Below are positions 42,971-53,889 of a stretch of 64,000 nt of DNA, in pieces. Under the pieces are notes generated by a model. It saw only the letters and a list, made by a program, of their open reading frames with translations. It had not been told where the DNA came from and did no database searches. Position 1 is the first letter of the stretch. Each line of letters opens with the position of its first letter. This stretch comes from Fimbriimonadales bacterium (GTDB lineage Bacteria; Armatimonadota; Fimbriimonadia; Fimbriimonadales; ATM1): positions 12,635 through 76,634 of the forward strand of contig JBPCLO010000048.1 of NCBI GenBank assembly GCA_051003155.1, in the 5' to 3' direction. A program made the position numbers and the translations under genes.

Positions 42971-45868
42971 ATGGTGTCCCAAGACAAGATCGTTATTCTC
43001 GGAGCTCGGGAGCATAACCTTAAGAACATCAACGTCGAGATCCCGCGCGACAAGCTCGTCGTTATCACGGGCCTGAGCGGCTCGGGCAAGTCTTCGCTGG
43101 CATTCGACACGATTTACGCGGAGGGCCAGCGGCGCTACGTGGAGTCGCTGAGCGCATACGCCCGGCAGTTCTTGGGGCAAATGGATAAGCCGGACGTGGA
43201 CCACATCGATGGCCTTTCGCCGGCGGTCAGCATCGACCAAAAGTCGGCGAGCCGGAATCCGCGATCAACCGTCGGCACGGTCACAGAAATATACGACTAC
43301 ATGCGAATACTTTTCGCGCGGGCCGGGGTTCCCCATTGTCCGAACTGCGGCAAGGCGATCCAAAGGCAAACGGTCGAACAGATCGTCGACTCGGCTCTCT
43401 CCTTCGGAGACGGAGCGCGGTTACAGGTTCTAGCGCCGGTGGTTCGAGGGCGAAAGGGCGAATATAAGTCGGTAATTCAGGATATTCAGAAAGCGGGATT
43501 CGTGCGTGTGCGCGTCGACGGCGAGATGTACGAGGTCACGGACGATATTCCGGTGGACCGGTACAAACAGCACACGATCGAGGCGGTCGTCGACCGGGTT
43601 GTCATAAAGGACGGCATCGAGCAGCGACTCGCAGATTCCGTCGAAACGGCCCTTAAAATGGGCAACGGCTTGGTGTCGATTCATTCCCTGGAAGGCGAAG
43701 AGCGTCTTTTTAGCGAACAGTTCGCGTGTCCGGATTGCGGGGTCTCCCTGGGCGAAATTGAACCGCGAATGTTTTCGTTCAACTCCCCCTACGGCGCATG
43801 TCCCGAGTGTGCGGGGCTCGGAACTAAGACGGAATTCGACCGCGAGATGGTAGTTCCCGACCCGAAAAAGCCGCTTAAGTCCGGCGCTATCGCCCCATTT
43901 GTGCACAAGAACGGCGAATTAAAAGATTGGTGGCCGGATCTATTGGAAGGAGTCGGCAACAAATTCGGCTTCGATGCCGACACACCGTTCAAGAGGTTGC
44001 CGAAGAATATTCAAAACCTAGTTTTCGAGGGTACGGCCGAGCCGATAGCGGTCAACGTTCGGTACGGCTCGGGGCGGACTCGCGCATTCAATACGAATTT
44101 CGAAGGCGTTATCGCGATCTTGAGGAAAAGGTACGAGACGACCGAGAGCGAATGGGTTAAACAGGACCTCGAGCAGTATATGTCTAGCCGGCCGTGTCCG
44201 GTTTGCAAGGGCCAAAAGCTCAAGCCGGAATCGCTGGCTGTAACCCTGGGCGAGAAAAACATCGCGCAAGTGAGTTCCTTTTCGATCGAGGAGGCGTACG
44301 CGTTTTTCTTGGCGCTCGCACCGAAATTGACCGCGAGGCAAAAGGCGATCGCCGAAAGAGCGGTCAAGGAAATTTCCGAGCGCCTTGGCTTCCTCGAGAA
44401 AGTAGGCCTAGGGTATCTGACCCTCAGCAGAAATGCCAACACGCTGGCGGGTGGAGAAGCGCAAAGGATCAGGCTGGCCACGCAGATCGGATCGGGGCTG
44501 ATGGGTGTCTTATATATTCTCGACGAACCTAGTATCGGCCTGCACCAGAAAGACAACGGAAAGCTGATCGAGACGCTTGTCCGGCTGCGCGACATCGGAA
44601 ATACCGTTATTATCGTCGAGCACGATGAGGAGACAATTCGCTCGGCGGATTACGTGATCGACTTGGGGCCCGGCGCCGGCGAACTTGGTGGCGAAATCGT
44701 AGCGAAAGGGTCTTTGGAAGAGTTCCTAAAGTCGGATGGGCTTACAGCTCGTTATCTGACTGGAAAGGAAACAATTCCTGTACCAAAACAGCGACGAATC
44801 CCCGATGCCGCCTTCATCAAATTGAGGGGTGCTTGCGGTAACAACCTAAGATCGATCGATGTCGATATTCCGCTCGGCATGTTCGTCTGTATAACCGGCG
44901 TCTCAGGGTCCGGCAAATCCACGCTAATCCAGGACACGCTTTTCCCCAGGTTGATGTACGAAGTCTACGGAACAAGGCACGCTTGGGCTCAGCATAAATC
45001 GATAAGTGGACTAGAAAGTCTCGACAAAGTGGTCGATATCGACCAGTCGCCCATTGGTAGGACCCCGCGAAGCAATCCGGCGACATACACCGGAACATTC
45101 GACCTCATTCGCGAAATATTCGCGCTCACGCCAGATGCGAAAATGCGAGGCTACAAGATCGGGCGGTTCTCCTTTAATGTTAAGGGCGGACGTTGCGAGG
45201 CGTGCCGCGGCGACGGCATCATAAAGATAGAAATGGTTTTCCTGCCAGATGTCTACGTGCCTTGCGACGTTTGCAAGGGCAAGAGATATAACCGCGAAAC
45301 GCTCGAAGTGAAATACAAAGGGAAAAACATTTCCGACATTTTGGAAATGACGCTGTCTGAGTCGCTCGAATTCTTCAAGCCGATTCCGAAGATTTATCGA
45401 AAGCTCCAAACACTGGGTGATGTCGGCCTCGGATACGTGAGGATGGGGCAGCCAGCAACGACGTTGTCCGGGGGTGAGGCGCAAAGGATCAAGCTCGCCG
45501 CGGAATTGAGCAAGCGGGCAACCGGCAACACGATGTATATCCTCGACGAACCGACTACCGGCCTGCATTTCGACGACGTGAAAAAGCTCCTAGGCGTCCT
45601 CCATCGATTGGTCGAGCAGGGTAATTCGGTGCTTGTTATCGAGCACAACCTCGACGTGAGAAAGACGGCCGATTGGGTGATCGATTTGGGCCCCGACGGC
45701 GGGGCCGCCGGTGGACAAATAATAGCTTCAGGGCCTCCGGAAGCGATCGCAAGAGCCTCGGCGAGCCATACCGGCAATTACCTAAAAACGATGCTCAAAC
45801 CTCGTGCCACCACTAATGGAAAGGCAGTCGCGAGGAAGCCCGCAAAAGCCAAGCAAGCTCAGAGGTAG
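42971..45868 (+). CDS. uvrA: Excinuclease ABC subunit A
   Basis: [23 protein letters not shown], two ABC cassettes, Zn fingers. Confidence 0.98.
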   Translation: MVSQDKIVILGAREHNLKNINVEIPRDKLVVITGLSGSGKSSLAFDTIYAEGQRRYVESLSAYARQFLGQMDKPDVDHIDGLSPAVSIDQKSASRNPRSTVGTVTEIYDYMRILFARAGVPHCPNCGKAIQRQTVEQIVDSALSFGDGARLQVLAPVVRGRKGEYKSVIQDIQKAGFVRVRVDGEMYEVTDDIPVDRYKQHTIEAVVDRVVIKDGIEQRLADSVETALKMGNGLVSIHSLEGEERLFSEQFACPDCGVSLGEIEPRMFSFNSPYGACPECAGLGTKTEFDREMVVPDPKKPLKSGAIAPFVHKNGELKDWWPDLLEGVGNKFGFDADTPFKRLPKNIQNLVFEGTAEPIAVNVRYGSGRTRAFNTNFEGVIAILRKRYETTESEWVKQDLEQYMSSRPCPVCKGQKLKPESLAVTLGEKNIAQVSSFSIEEAYAFFLALAPKLTARQKAIAERAVKEISERLGFLEKVGLGYLTLSRNANTLAGGEAQRIRLATQIGSGLMGVLYILDEPSIGLHQKDNGKLIETLVRLRDIGNTVIIVEHDEETIRSADYVIDLGPGAGELGGEIVAKGSLEEFLKSDGLTARYLTGKETIPVPKQRRIPDAAFIKLRGACGNNLRSIDVDIPLGMFVCITGVSGSGKSTLIQDTLFPRLMYEVYGTRHAWAQHKSISGLESLDKVVDIDQSPIGRTPRSNPATYTGTFDLIREIFALTPDAKMRGYKIGRFSFNVKGGRCEACRGDGIIKIEMVFLPDVYVPCDVCKGKRYNRETLEVKYKGKNISDILEMTLSESLEFFKPIPKIYRKLQTLGDVGLGYVRMGQPATTLSGGEAQRIKLAAELSKRATGNTMYILDEPTTGLHFDDVKKLLGVLHRLVEQGNSVLVIEHNLDVRKTADWVIDLGPDGGAAGGQIIASGPPEAIARASASHTGNYLKTMLKPRATTNGKAVARKPAKAKQAQR

Positions 45869-45881
45869 ACTTCCGGCGAGT

Positions 45882-46808
45882 ATGCAGACCGTTTTTGGAT
45901 TAGAAACGCTCTCGCCGGGCTGGGCCGAGTCCACGGTTTGCATAGGTGTATTCGACGGCGTCCATCTCGGCCATCAATCGGTGATTCGCGCGGCTTGCGA
46001 CAACGCAAGAGCGAACAGCCGGCCCGCAGTCGCCGTTACCTTCGACCGAAATCCGCTCGCCGTACTGAGGCCGGAACGCTGCCCGAAGACCATTCTTGGC
46101 CAGAACGCGAAGCTCGCCAAGATCGCCGCCCTGGGGATCGATCTGACGCTGGTCACAACGTTTGACAAATCTTTCTCACAAATGCCTGCGCAGGAATTTC
46201 TGGAGAACGAGCTCCGGGCTCGCATTTGTGCCAAGAAGGTCGTTGTCGGCCACGATTTCGCTCTCGGCAAGGACAGGGTCGGCACGGCAGCGTGGCTGAG
46301 CGAGAGAATTCCGACAGAAATCCTACCTCCGCTCGAGCAGCGCGGCCGTCGTGTCAGCTCGACGGAAATCAGAAAGGACGTCGCCGAAGGGCAAGTGGCG
46401 GAAGCCGCAGCGCTGCTCGGTGGACCCTACGAACTGGCTGGGATCGTTGCAAAAGGCCAACAGCTTGGCAAAAAACTAGGCATTCCGACCGCAAATATCG
46501 TCCCGATCATCGATCAAGTGATACCGAAGGACGGAATTTACGCATGCTTCGGCACAGCACCCCAAGGCCGCTTTCAAGCGGCTGTCTCGTTAGGAACAAG
46601 GCCGGCAATCGAGGGCGCAGGTTTCGCCATCGAAGCGCACCTCCTGGACTTTCCAGACCGCGACTTGTATGGCAGGTTCTTATCGCTCGAATTCGTTGCG
46701 CGCCTGCGAGACGAACTTTGGTTCGATTCTCATGAGAATCTCGTTGCGCAGATTCGTCTGGATATAGAGAACGCGAGAGAGACACTTGAAGAACGCAGCA
46801 AGACCTAA
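45882..46808 (+). CDS. ribF: Bifunctional riboflavin kinase / FAD synthetase
   Basis: IGVFDGVHLGHQ, VSSTEIR, LGIPTAN, IEAHLLDF. Confidence 0.95.
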   Translation: MQTVFGLETLSPGWAESTVCIGVFDGVHLGHQSVIRAACDNARANSRPAVAVTFDRNPLAVLRPERCPKTILGQNAKLAKIAALGIDLTLVTTFDKSFSQMPAQEFLENELRARICAKKVVVGHDFALGKDRVGTAAWLSERIPTEILPPLEQRGRRVSSTEIRKDVAEGQVAEAAALLGGPYELAGIVAKGQQLGKKLGIPTANIVPIIDQVIPKDGIYACFGTAPQGRFQAAVSLGTRPAIEGAGFAIEAHLLDFPDRDLYGRFLSLEFVARLRDELWFDSHENLVAQIRLDIENARETLEERSKT

Positions 46809-47322
46809 GCTTCCCGTTTGGCTGATCGCCCTTGTACTCGCGGCCTTAGCCTTGTTCATATTGCTGCTGGTCAACTTCGTCGCCGTGCGCTCAAAGCCCG
46901 ATGACGAAGCGCAAATCAGGGCGGCGATCGAGGAGATGCGCGTGGCGAGCTTAGAAAACAAACCTGGAGGCGTGCAGAAATACCTGTCCGAGAGTTTCGA
47001 GCTTCCGGAGGGGGTCGCCTCCGGTGACGGAATGTTTGACAACCCGAAGGCGCGGGTGGCTACATTCATCCGTAGGGCCAACTTCAGCGAGCTCACTATC
47101 AGCGACGTCAAGATTCAAGTTGCGGGCGGCGCGGCGATCGCGACTGTGCACGCATCAGGCTCCCTCTCCTACCCACCTTTGCCGACCGATTTCAGCTTTG
47201 ACTTCCCGGAGATGCAGATCGAGTTCAAGCGTGAAATGCGGAACCGGCTATTGCTGATTTCCGACCCCACCTGGTCGGTTGTGCGCGTGTTCGGCGTGCG
47301 GTTGGAAGACATCGGGCAGTAA
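46786..47322 (+). CDS. Membrane-anchored hypothetical protein (possibly NTF2-like)
   Basis: N-terminal TM helix; overlaps ribF end. Confidence 0.65.
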   Translation: MKNAARPKLPVWLIALVLAALALFILLLVNFVAVRSKPDDEAQIRAAIEEMRVASLENKPGGVQKYLSESFELPEGVASGDGMFDNPKARVATFIRRANFSELTISDVKIQVAGGAAIATVHASGSLSYPPLPTDFSFDFPEMQIEFKREMRNRLLLISDPTWSVVRVFGVRLEDIGQ

Positions 47323-47338
47323 TGCTAAACTCGAGGTC

Positions 47339-48457
47339 ATGCTCGATCCCCGAATAACTCGCCTCGCAGAGCTCTTGGCGATCCACAGCACACGCCTCGA
47401 ACCGGGCGATAAAGTACTCATCGAAGCCTTCGATATTCCCGCGGAATGCACGGCCGAGATGGTTCGCATTGCGCGGTCGAAGTGCGCCGAGGTTTTCGTC
47501 CAGACGTATCAAGCGGCCGTGCAAAGAAGCCTGTTGCGTGGGATCACCGAGACAGGCGCCGCGACGTATGGCGAGATCGACGCGAACCGCATGGACCGGA
47601 TGGACGCCTATATCGGGTTGCGCGGGACCAACAACTTTGCGGAAATGAGCGACATACCCGATGACAACAACAAGATTTGGATGAAAAAGTATCTGAATCC
47701 GGTGCACTTCGATCGACGGGTTCCAAAGACGCGATGGGTTGTTCTGCGCTGGCCATCAGCGAGCATGGCCCAGCAGGCACAAATGAGCACCGAGGCGTTC
47801 GAGGATTTCTACTTTCGTGTATGCACGCTCGACTACGCGAAAATGGAGCAGGCGAGCAAGCCGCTGCAAGAGCTAATGGCCGCAACGGACATGGTCGAAG
47901 TAGAGGGGCCAGGCACGAACCTGAGTTTCAGCATCAAAGGAATCGGCGCCGTGCCATGTACCGGCCTGCGCAATATCCCTGACGGCGAGTGCTTCACGGC
48001 ACCTGTCAAGGATTCGGTGAATGGGACTCTGCAGTTCAACACGTCCACCCTCAATCAAGGAAAGCTGTTTAAAGATCCATGTTTGACACTGAAAGATGGA
48101 AAAGTGATCGACGTAGATGCGGGACCAATGACCGAAGCCTTCAACAACATTCTCGATACTGACGAAGGCGCCCGCTACGTTGGCGAGTGGAGCCTTGGGT
48201 TCAACCCCTACATACTCACGCCGATGCTCGACACGCTCTTCGACGAGAAGATCGCCGGCAGCTTTCACTTCACGCCCGGCAATGCGTATTTAGAAGCCGA
48301 CAATGGCAACCGATCGGCTGTCCACTGGGACATGGTATGCATCCAGCGTCCCGAATTCGGTGGCGGCGAGATCCGGTTCGACGGCAAAATTGTCCGCCAA
48401 GATGGCCATTTTGTATTAGCTTCCCTGCAAGGGTTGAATCCTGACCACTTGGGCTAA
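47339..48457 (+). CDS. Aminopeptidase, M29 (AmpS/aminopeptidase T) family
   Basis: NIPDGECFTAP, ARYVGE, LFDEKIAGSFH, NRSAVHWDMV. Confidence 0.92.
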   Translation: MLDPRITRLAELLAIHSTRLEPGDKVLIEAFDIPAECTAEMVRIARSKCAEVFVQTYQAAVQRSLLRGITETGAATYGEIDANRMDRMDAYIGLRGTNNFAEMSDIPDDNNKIWMKKYLNPVHFDRRVPKTRWVVLRWPSASMAQQAQMSTEAFEDFYFRVCTLDYAKMEQASKPLQELMAATDMVEVEGPGTNLSFSIKGIGAVPCTGLRNIPDGECFTAPVKDSVNGTLQFNTSTLNQGKLFKDPCLTLKDGKVIDVDAGPMTEAFNNILDTDEGARYVGEWSLGFNPYILTPMLDTLFDEKIAGSFHFTPGNAYLEADNGNRSAVHWDMVCIQRPEFGGGEIRFDGKIVRQDGHFVLASLQGLNPDHLG

Positions 48458-48625
48458 CCTGCAACTTTCCGGAGGCTTAAAGCGTTATAATAAGAGCGTT
48501 ACGGCCCCGAGTCAATCACGAGCATCACTTTCTGCCTGGCAGATTGCGACGAACGAGAAAAGCTACGAGTACCGAAACAATCGCAATCAAAGAGCCGAAA
48601 AAACGGCTCATCAGGAGTAACAGAA

Positions 48626-49018
48626 ATGGCAACAAAATCCCTTTACGTTGGGAATCTTCCCTACTCGACAACCGAGGCGGGACTGCTCGAACTTTTCGAG
48701 CCCTACGGCGCGGCATCCGCTCGCATCGTTGAAGGTCGAGGCTTCGGCTTCGTCGACGTCGATGACACCCAGGCTGAACAGGCAATCGCCGACAAGCACA
48801 ACACCGACCTCTCTGGCCGCAATATTGTGGTCAACGAGGCTCGCCCACGCGAGGATCGCGGCGGCAGTGGTGGTGGTGGCGGCTACGGCGGCGGTGGCGG
48901 TCGAAGCTACGGCAGCGGCGGAGGCGGCGGTGGCGGTGGCAATCGCGGTGGCGGTGGCGGTGGCAGCTACGGCGGTGGAAACCGCAGTGGCGGCAGCAGC
49001 GGCAGACGCGGCTACTAA
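48626..49018 (+). CDS. RRM RNA-binding protein with Gly-rich tail
   Basis: LYVGNLPY (RNP2), RGFGFV (RNP1), VNEARPRE. Confidence 0.95.
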   Translation: MATKSLYVGNLPYSTTEAGLLELFEPYGAASARIVEGRGFGFVDVDDTQAEQAIADKHNTDLSGRNIVVNEARPREDRGGSGGGGGYGGGGGRSYGSGGGGGGGGNRGGGGGGSYGGGNRSGGSSGRRGY

Positions 49019-49029
49019 ACCAGTTCACG

Positions 49030-49059
49030 GGCCGTCTGATCTTTAGGGTCGGACGGCCT
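49030..49059 (+). terminator. Hairpin after RRM gene
   Basis: ggccgtctgatc-ttta-gggtcggacggcc inverted repeat. Confidence 0.55.
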
Positions 49060-49099
49060 GATTTACGTATCTAATCCGCGAGAATCAAGGAGAAGTAGC

Positions 49100-49732
49100 T
49101 TGCTCATCATCGTTTTGACTGTTTTAGGAATGATCGTCGTTTCGAGCGTTATCGAAGGACTTCTCCACCAGTTCATTTTACACACGCCCCAGAAGAAGGT
49201 CTTGGGCGGTATCTTATATCCCGCCTTCAATGCCCATGCCATCGAGCATCACCCGGCTTACCGGGACGAGCACTACCATCGTGAGGCGCCCGATCACGAG
49301 AAACGGATCAGTCTTGAGTGGTACACGCTACCCATCATGCTGATCATCACTTCCCCGATCGCATGGTTCATGTGGACCCGGTTCGGCGTCGGCCCCGGCC
49401 TCGCAGTCCCGATCACGATGACGCTTTACTACGCGACCTACGAGACGCTTCACTGGCACATGCACTTCCCACCGAGGAACGGCAAACTTCGCTGGTTCGA
49501 GAACATCAAGCCGGTCAAGATGTACTTCGATTGGTTCGACAAGCGGCACTTCATCCATCACTTGGCAGACGACCGCAATTTCAACGTCGTGCTTCCGGTC
49601 TATGATCTGCTCACGGGCCGTTACACCACTAACGAGAGAAACATCCCTTGGGCAATCCGTCTGCGCACCGCGAAGAACAAGAGGAAGTCAGAAGCAATTC
49701 GGAAGGCTCGGGCAACCGAACCTTCGCAGTAA
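49100..49732 (+). CDS. Fatty acid hydroxylase / sterol desaturase family membrane protein
   Basis: His boxes LHQFILH, HAIEHH, LHWHMH, HFIHH. Confidence 0.8.
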   Translation: MLIIVLTVLGMIVVSSVIEGLLHQFILHTPQKKVLGGILYPAFNAHAIEHHPAYRDEHYHREAPDHEKRISLEWYTLPIMLIITSPIAWFMWTRFGVGPGLAVPITMTLYYATYETLHWHMHFPPRNGKLRWFENIKPVKMYFDWFDKRHFIHHLADDRNFNVVLPVYDLLTGRYTTNERNIPWAIRLRTAKNKRKSEAIRKARATEPSQ

Positions 49733-50016
49733 GCACACTTACGAAGACGGGGAACGGTCCTTAGCCCCACGTCGCTACGATCGTGTAAGTAATCACCTGC
49801 TCCTCGTCGGACTTTAAGGGCACCAGATACTCGAAAGTGTTAGAGTCCTTCTTGACGCTCTTCAGGGTTTCGCGCGCGCTGACAAAGCGCGGCAACGGCG
49901 AGCACCGAAGTTGAGATCATTGCCCGTACCCTCCCTTTCATCAGGTGCGGCGATTGCCAACCTTGGTCGGTTACTGCGTTGTGATCGACTGCTCTGGTAG
50001 TCTGGAGACGGGAGCG

Positions 50017-51735
50017 ATGAGAAGCAATTGGGACGATTGGGTTTCGGCATCTAAAATTAGAAACTGGTTTCGTGACGACCCTCTGCTCGATTGGCTGGAC
50101 CTTTACGGCGAGGCGAACGGGTTCATTCCGGACCACAAGCGTCAGGGTTATGACCCTACCACCGACTTCGGGCGGTTTATTTTCGAGAAAGGGAGGCAGT
50201 TCGAGGCCAAGGTCATCCAGCACCTAGAGAGCAAGTTGCAAATCCGCCGGCTAAGCACACCGTGGTCGGGGAGTGCCCAGGAGGCTTGGGAGGCGTGGGC
50301 CACCGAAACCGATACGCTCCTCCAGGACGGTGTGCAGGCGGTATACCAAGGTGCTGTCATGGATCCGATTTCGCGGATGTACGGGCGGCCTGGCCTCATT
50401 CTCCGAAATGACGTTTTGAATAGTATCTGCGACGAAGTACCCGAGGTACGCGGTGATGATCATCACTACAGCGTGATCGACATTAAATATGCCGGCCTGG
50501 ATCTCTTGAAGAAAGGCGGCATAAGCACCACTAGCAATCGCCTTAGCCAACTGCTCGTCTACAACCGTGGCCTTGCGGCCGTCCAGGGGACTTTCTCACC
50601 TCTCGCGTACCTACTTGGAAGGACCTACGAGTGGCAGAAGGTTAGGCACGAAAGCTGCTTCGCGATGCTTGCGCCCGCGCGAATGGATGATGCGCAACTC
50701 ACCAAGAGTGTGGATATGGCGGCAGTTTGGATGCGCCGAGTTCGCGCTGAGGGCGCCGATTGGCAAGTTGAGCCGGAACCGACCCTCGACGAGCTGAGGC
50801 CAAATATGGGCAACACAGAAGACTCGCCCTGGCATCAGGCGAAGCGGGAGATCAACGAGAGCCTCAAGGACCTCACGTCGCTGTGGTACGTCTCTGCAGG
50901 CAAGCGTCCGCTTGGCCTGAACCGCGGGATTTCTCGCTGGGACGACGTTAAGTGCGATCCTTCTGTTTTCGAGCTGCCCGATGACCGTGCGCGCGTTCTC
51001 GACTGCATCCTTGCAAGCCAGCGGCCCGAGGCTGCGCTGGTTTCGCCGGAACGCATCTCAACCGATCGCAATTTGTGGCAGCCAAGAAAGCTAATCGAAT
51101 TCTATGTCGATTTCGAAACGGTAAGCAACCTCGACGACGACTTTGCGACCTTTCCGGAGGCGGGTGGGCAACCGCTCATCTTTATGATCGGCTGCGGCCA
51201 CGAGGAGGGCGGAGAATGGAAGTTCGAGTGTTTCATTGCCGACCGGTTGGACGAGGCATCCGAGGCCCATATCATCGACGCATGGATCGAGCACATGTCT
51301 GACCTGGCGGCGCGATTCGGTGAGGCTACGCCGTTGGTGTTCCATTGGTCCCCCGCCGAGACCTCGTCGCTGACGAACGCCTTCAACTCTGCTCGCGAAC
51401 GACATCCAAGCGCGCCGTGGCCGGAGCCGAACTGGTTCGACTTCCTGGGCCGAGTTGCGCGGAAGGAGCCGATCACAATTAAAGGGGCGCTTGCCTTCGG
51501 CCTAAAGGCCGTTGCCAAGGCCATGCACTCGAACGGCCTCATTCGTGAGAGATGGGAAGATGGGCCTGGCGACGGGATGGCGGCGATGGTCGGTGCTTGG
51601 CGATGTCAGGCGGAGGCGGTTGCTAAGGACTGTCGGCTGATCGATCTAGACCTGATGAAGGCGATCGGCAACTATAACGAGGTCGACTGCAAAGTAATGT
51701 GGGAGATCATCGCGTATTTCCGAGCGAAGCACTGA
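50017..51735 (+). CDS. TM0106-like RecB-family nuclease / RNase H-like domain protein
   Basis: VIDIKY, QL..YN, FYVDFET, IFMIG, YNEVDCK. Confidence 0.78.
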   Translation: MRSNWDDWVSASKIRNWFRDDPLLDWLDLYGEANGFIPDHKRQGYDPTTDFGRFIFEKGRQFEAKVIQHLESKLQIRRLSTPWSGSAQEAWEAWATETDTLLQDGVQAVYQGAVMDPISRMYGRPGLILRNDVLNSICDEVPEVRGDDHHYSVIDIKYAGLDLLKKGGISTTSNRLSQLLVYNRGLAAVQGTFSPLAYLLGRTYEWQKVRHESCFAMLAPARMDDAQLTKSVDMAAVWMRRVRAEGADWQVEPEPTLDELRPNMGNTEDSPWHQAKREINESLKDLTSLWYVSAGKRPLGLNRGISRWDDVKCDPSVFELPDDRARVLDCILASQRPEAALVSPERISTDRNLWQPRKLIEFYVDFETVSNLDDDFATFPEAGGQPLIFMIGCGHEEGGEWKFECFIADRLDEASEAHIIDAWIEHMSDLAARFGEATPLVFHWSPAETSSLTNAFNSARERHPSAPWPEPNWFDFLGRVARKEPITIKGALAFGLKAVAKAMHSNGLIRERWEDGPGDGMAAMVGAWRCQAEAVAKDCRLIDLDLMKAIGNYNEVDCKVMWEIIAYFRAKH

Positions 51736-51780
51736 GACAAAGAGAAGCAAGGGCCAGCAAGACCCTTGCTTCAGAAAGGA

Positions 51781-52410
51781 CTACTTGCGACGCCGTAGCA
51801 TCAGAGCCCCGAGAACGCCGAGGACAGCGATCGTGCTCGGTTCGGGCACTGGGCCGTAGAGTTCGAACGCGTGCTCTTGGCCGTTACCGAACCAGTTGTT
51901 CATCGTGCCTCCGTCGCTCTCTTGGCCCGTCGGAGCGTTGCCTGCACTGGTCGTTTCCCAATATATCTCGCGCCGGCTGCCATAGCCTACGTTGACGTGC
52001 AGGCCCAGCCAGTAGTCAGTGCTGCCGGTCAAAGCCACATCCGCGATGTCCAGGTCGTAAACGTATTCGTCGAAGACTCCGAGGATTCCTGACTGCAGAA
52101 ACGTCTTAGACGGGTTCGTCACCGACCCGCTGTCTACGATGCTGCCCGGAATGCCTCCGTTATTGTCGAACACGAACCAATCGACGTTGCCGTCATAACT
52201 GCCAAAGACGGAGTCCTCGATCGTCCAGAAACGGATCCACCCCAGCGTAGCGTTGCCGGTGAGCGTAAAGTTCTCCGCCTGGAGCCATTGGGTCATCTCG
52301 TTGCCGCTCGCCTGGTTCGGCGGACCGTTGTCATAGAGCAGTTGCGCGCTAGCGCCGGCCGTTAGACCGGTAACCATCGCCGACAAGCTCAAAAGTCTCG
52401 TAATTTTCAT
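51781..52410 (-). CDS. PEP-CTERM sorting domain protein
   Basis: GGAGG RBS, signal peptide, VPEPSTIAVLGVLGALMLRRRK. Confidence 0.92.
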   Translation of the reverse strand: MKITRLLSLSAMVTGLTAGASAQLLYDNGPPNQASGNEMTQWLQAENFTLTGNATLGWIRFWTIEDSVFGSYDGNVDWFVFDNNGGIPGSIVDSGSVTNPSKTFLQSGILGVFDEYVYDLDIADVALTGSTDYWLGLHVNVGYGSRREIYWETTSAGNAPTGQESDGGTMNNWFGNGQEHAFELYGPVPEPSTIAVLGVLGALMLRRRK

Positions 52411-52610
52411 TTGTTCCTCCGGTAAGAACAGTGGGAGTTCAAAAGAAACTCCTTGTTGTATCCGATAGTTAATTGGCAGGCGGGCGGTAAATTGTGACCG
52501 TCATTTTTGCGGCAAGCCTCCCGCTGACTTGATTCGCGCAGTTGCGAACGCCAAATACCTTGGACCACCGGGCGGTCTGATGATCCTTGAGGCTTCGAAT
52601 ATGACCCACG

Positions 52611-52650
52611 ACCCGCAAATTGCCTTCCATTACCCGTAAATTGCCTTCCA
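52611..52650. repeat. 21-bp-period direct repeat
   Basis: acccgcaaattgccttcca tt acccgtaaattgccttcca. Confidence 0.8.
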
Positions 52651-52697
52651 GAGGCTCTCCAAGGGCATTTGCAAGGCTGAAAATCGCTAAATTGAAG

Positions 52698-53876
52698 CTA
52701 ATGGAGACTCTTCGGGAGCGTTCCAATGCATCCATCAGTGGCCAACAACGACGAGTCGATCTCTTCGGCGTAGGCGTTGATCCCGCCCGCAACGTTCTTC
52801 GCGCCTTTGAAGCCTCGAATGAGAAGGACCTGAGTGATTTCGCCGCCGCGACTTCCTGTTCGACAGAGCACCAGTATCTCGGCGTCCCTGTCGAGTTCTT
52901 GCAGTCGTCCGGCGACCTGATGCATGGGGATGTGCACGGATGGATCGAGGCGCGAAATCTGAAGCTCGTGTGGCTCGCGGATATCGAGGAGGGTGAACGT
53001 CTCGCCGTTTTTCCTCTTTGCGGCCAGCTCTTGCACCGACACTTCCGGCATACCTCGATTCATGTCTAAATTGGCTTTCACTCCACAAAACTCTTCGTAG
53101 TCGATGAGCTCCGTCATCGTGGCTTCTTGCCCGCAGATCGGGCAGTCCGGGTCCTTGCGCACTTCGAGGCGACGGAATCGCATTTCGAGCGCGTCGAAGT
53201 GAAGCAGATGGCCGACGAGCGGCTCGCCGAGGCCCAGGATGAGCTTGATCGCCTCGTTTGCCTGGATGCACCCGACGATCCCAGGGAGCACTCCGAGGAC
53301 GCCCGCCTCGGCGCAATTGGGAACTTCGCCGGGTGGTGGCGGCTCAGAGTACAGGCATCGGTAGCAGGGGCCCTTCTTCGCCCAAAAGACACTTGCCTGC
53401 CCCTCGAAGCGAAAGATCGAGCCGTAGACGTTTGGCTTGCCGGACAGCACGCAGGCATCGTTGACGAGGTAGCGCGTGGCAAAGTTGTCCGTGCCGTCGA
53501 CGACGACGTCGAATCCCCGGATGATATCGATGGCGTTCTTGCTGCTGAGGGCATCCTTGAATACCTCCAACTGCACGAACGGGTTGATACCCCGCAGCTT
53601 TTCCAAAGCGCTGTCAGTCTTGGACCTGCCGACGTCTGACGTGAAGTGAAGGATCTGCCTCTGCAAGTTCGTCTCGTCGACCAAATCGAAATCCACAAGG
53701 CCGATTCGACCGACACCCGCAGCTGCTAAGTAATAGGCGGCGGGCGCCCCGAGGCCGCCCAAACCGACAATGAGAACGGACGCACCTTTGAGCTTGAGCT
53801 GGCCGTCGCGGCCGACCTCCGGCATAATGAGGTGCCGCGCGTAGCGCCTAAGCTCGTCCGGCGTAAGCTCCTGCAT
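52698..53876 (-). CDS. moeB: MoeB/MoeZ adenylyltransferase with rhodanese domain
   Basis: RYARHLIMPEVG, GLGGLG, ETNLQRQ, CYRC, CAEAGVLG, CRTGSR; start re-set to 53876. Confidence 0.93.
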   Translation of the reverse strand: MQELTPDELRRYARHLIMPEVGRDGQLKLKGASVLIVGLGGLGAPAAYYLAAAGVGRIGLVDFDLVDETNLQRQILHFTSDVGRSKTDSALEKLRGINPFVQLEVFKDALSSKNAIDIIRGFDVVVDGTDNFATRYLVNDACVLSGKPNVYGSIFRFEGQASVFWAKKGPCYRCLYSEPPPPGEVPNCAEAGVLGVLPGIVGCIQANEAIKLILGLGEPLVGHLLHFDALEMRFRRLEVRKDPDCPICGQEATMTELIDYEEFCGVKANLDMNRGMPEVSVQELAAKRKNGETFTLLDIREPHELQISRLDPSVHIPMHQVAGRLQELDRDAEILVLCRTGSRGGEITQVLLIRGFKGAKNVAGGINAYAEEIDSSLLATDGCIGTLPKSLH

Positions 53877-53889
53877 TTTCCAACGGATT

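Noticed and set aside
45655..45670. Uvr[13 protein letters not shown] where VIK is typical
   Set aside because: Single substitution (ata to aga); cannot distinguish error from polymorphism.
48860..49010. ggc/ggt microsatellite-like tract
   Set aside because: Encodes the ordinary Gly-rich tail of the RRM protein.
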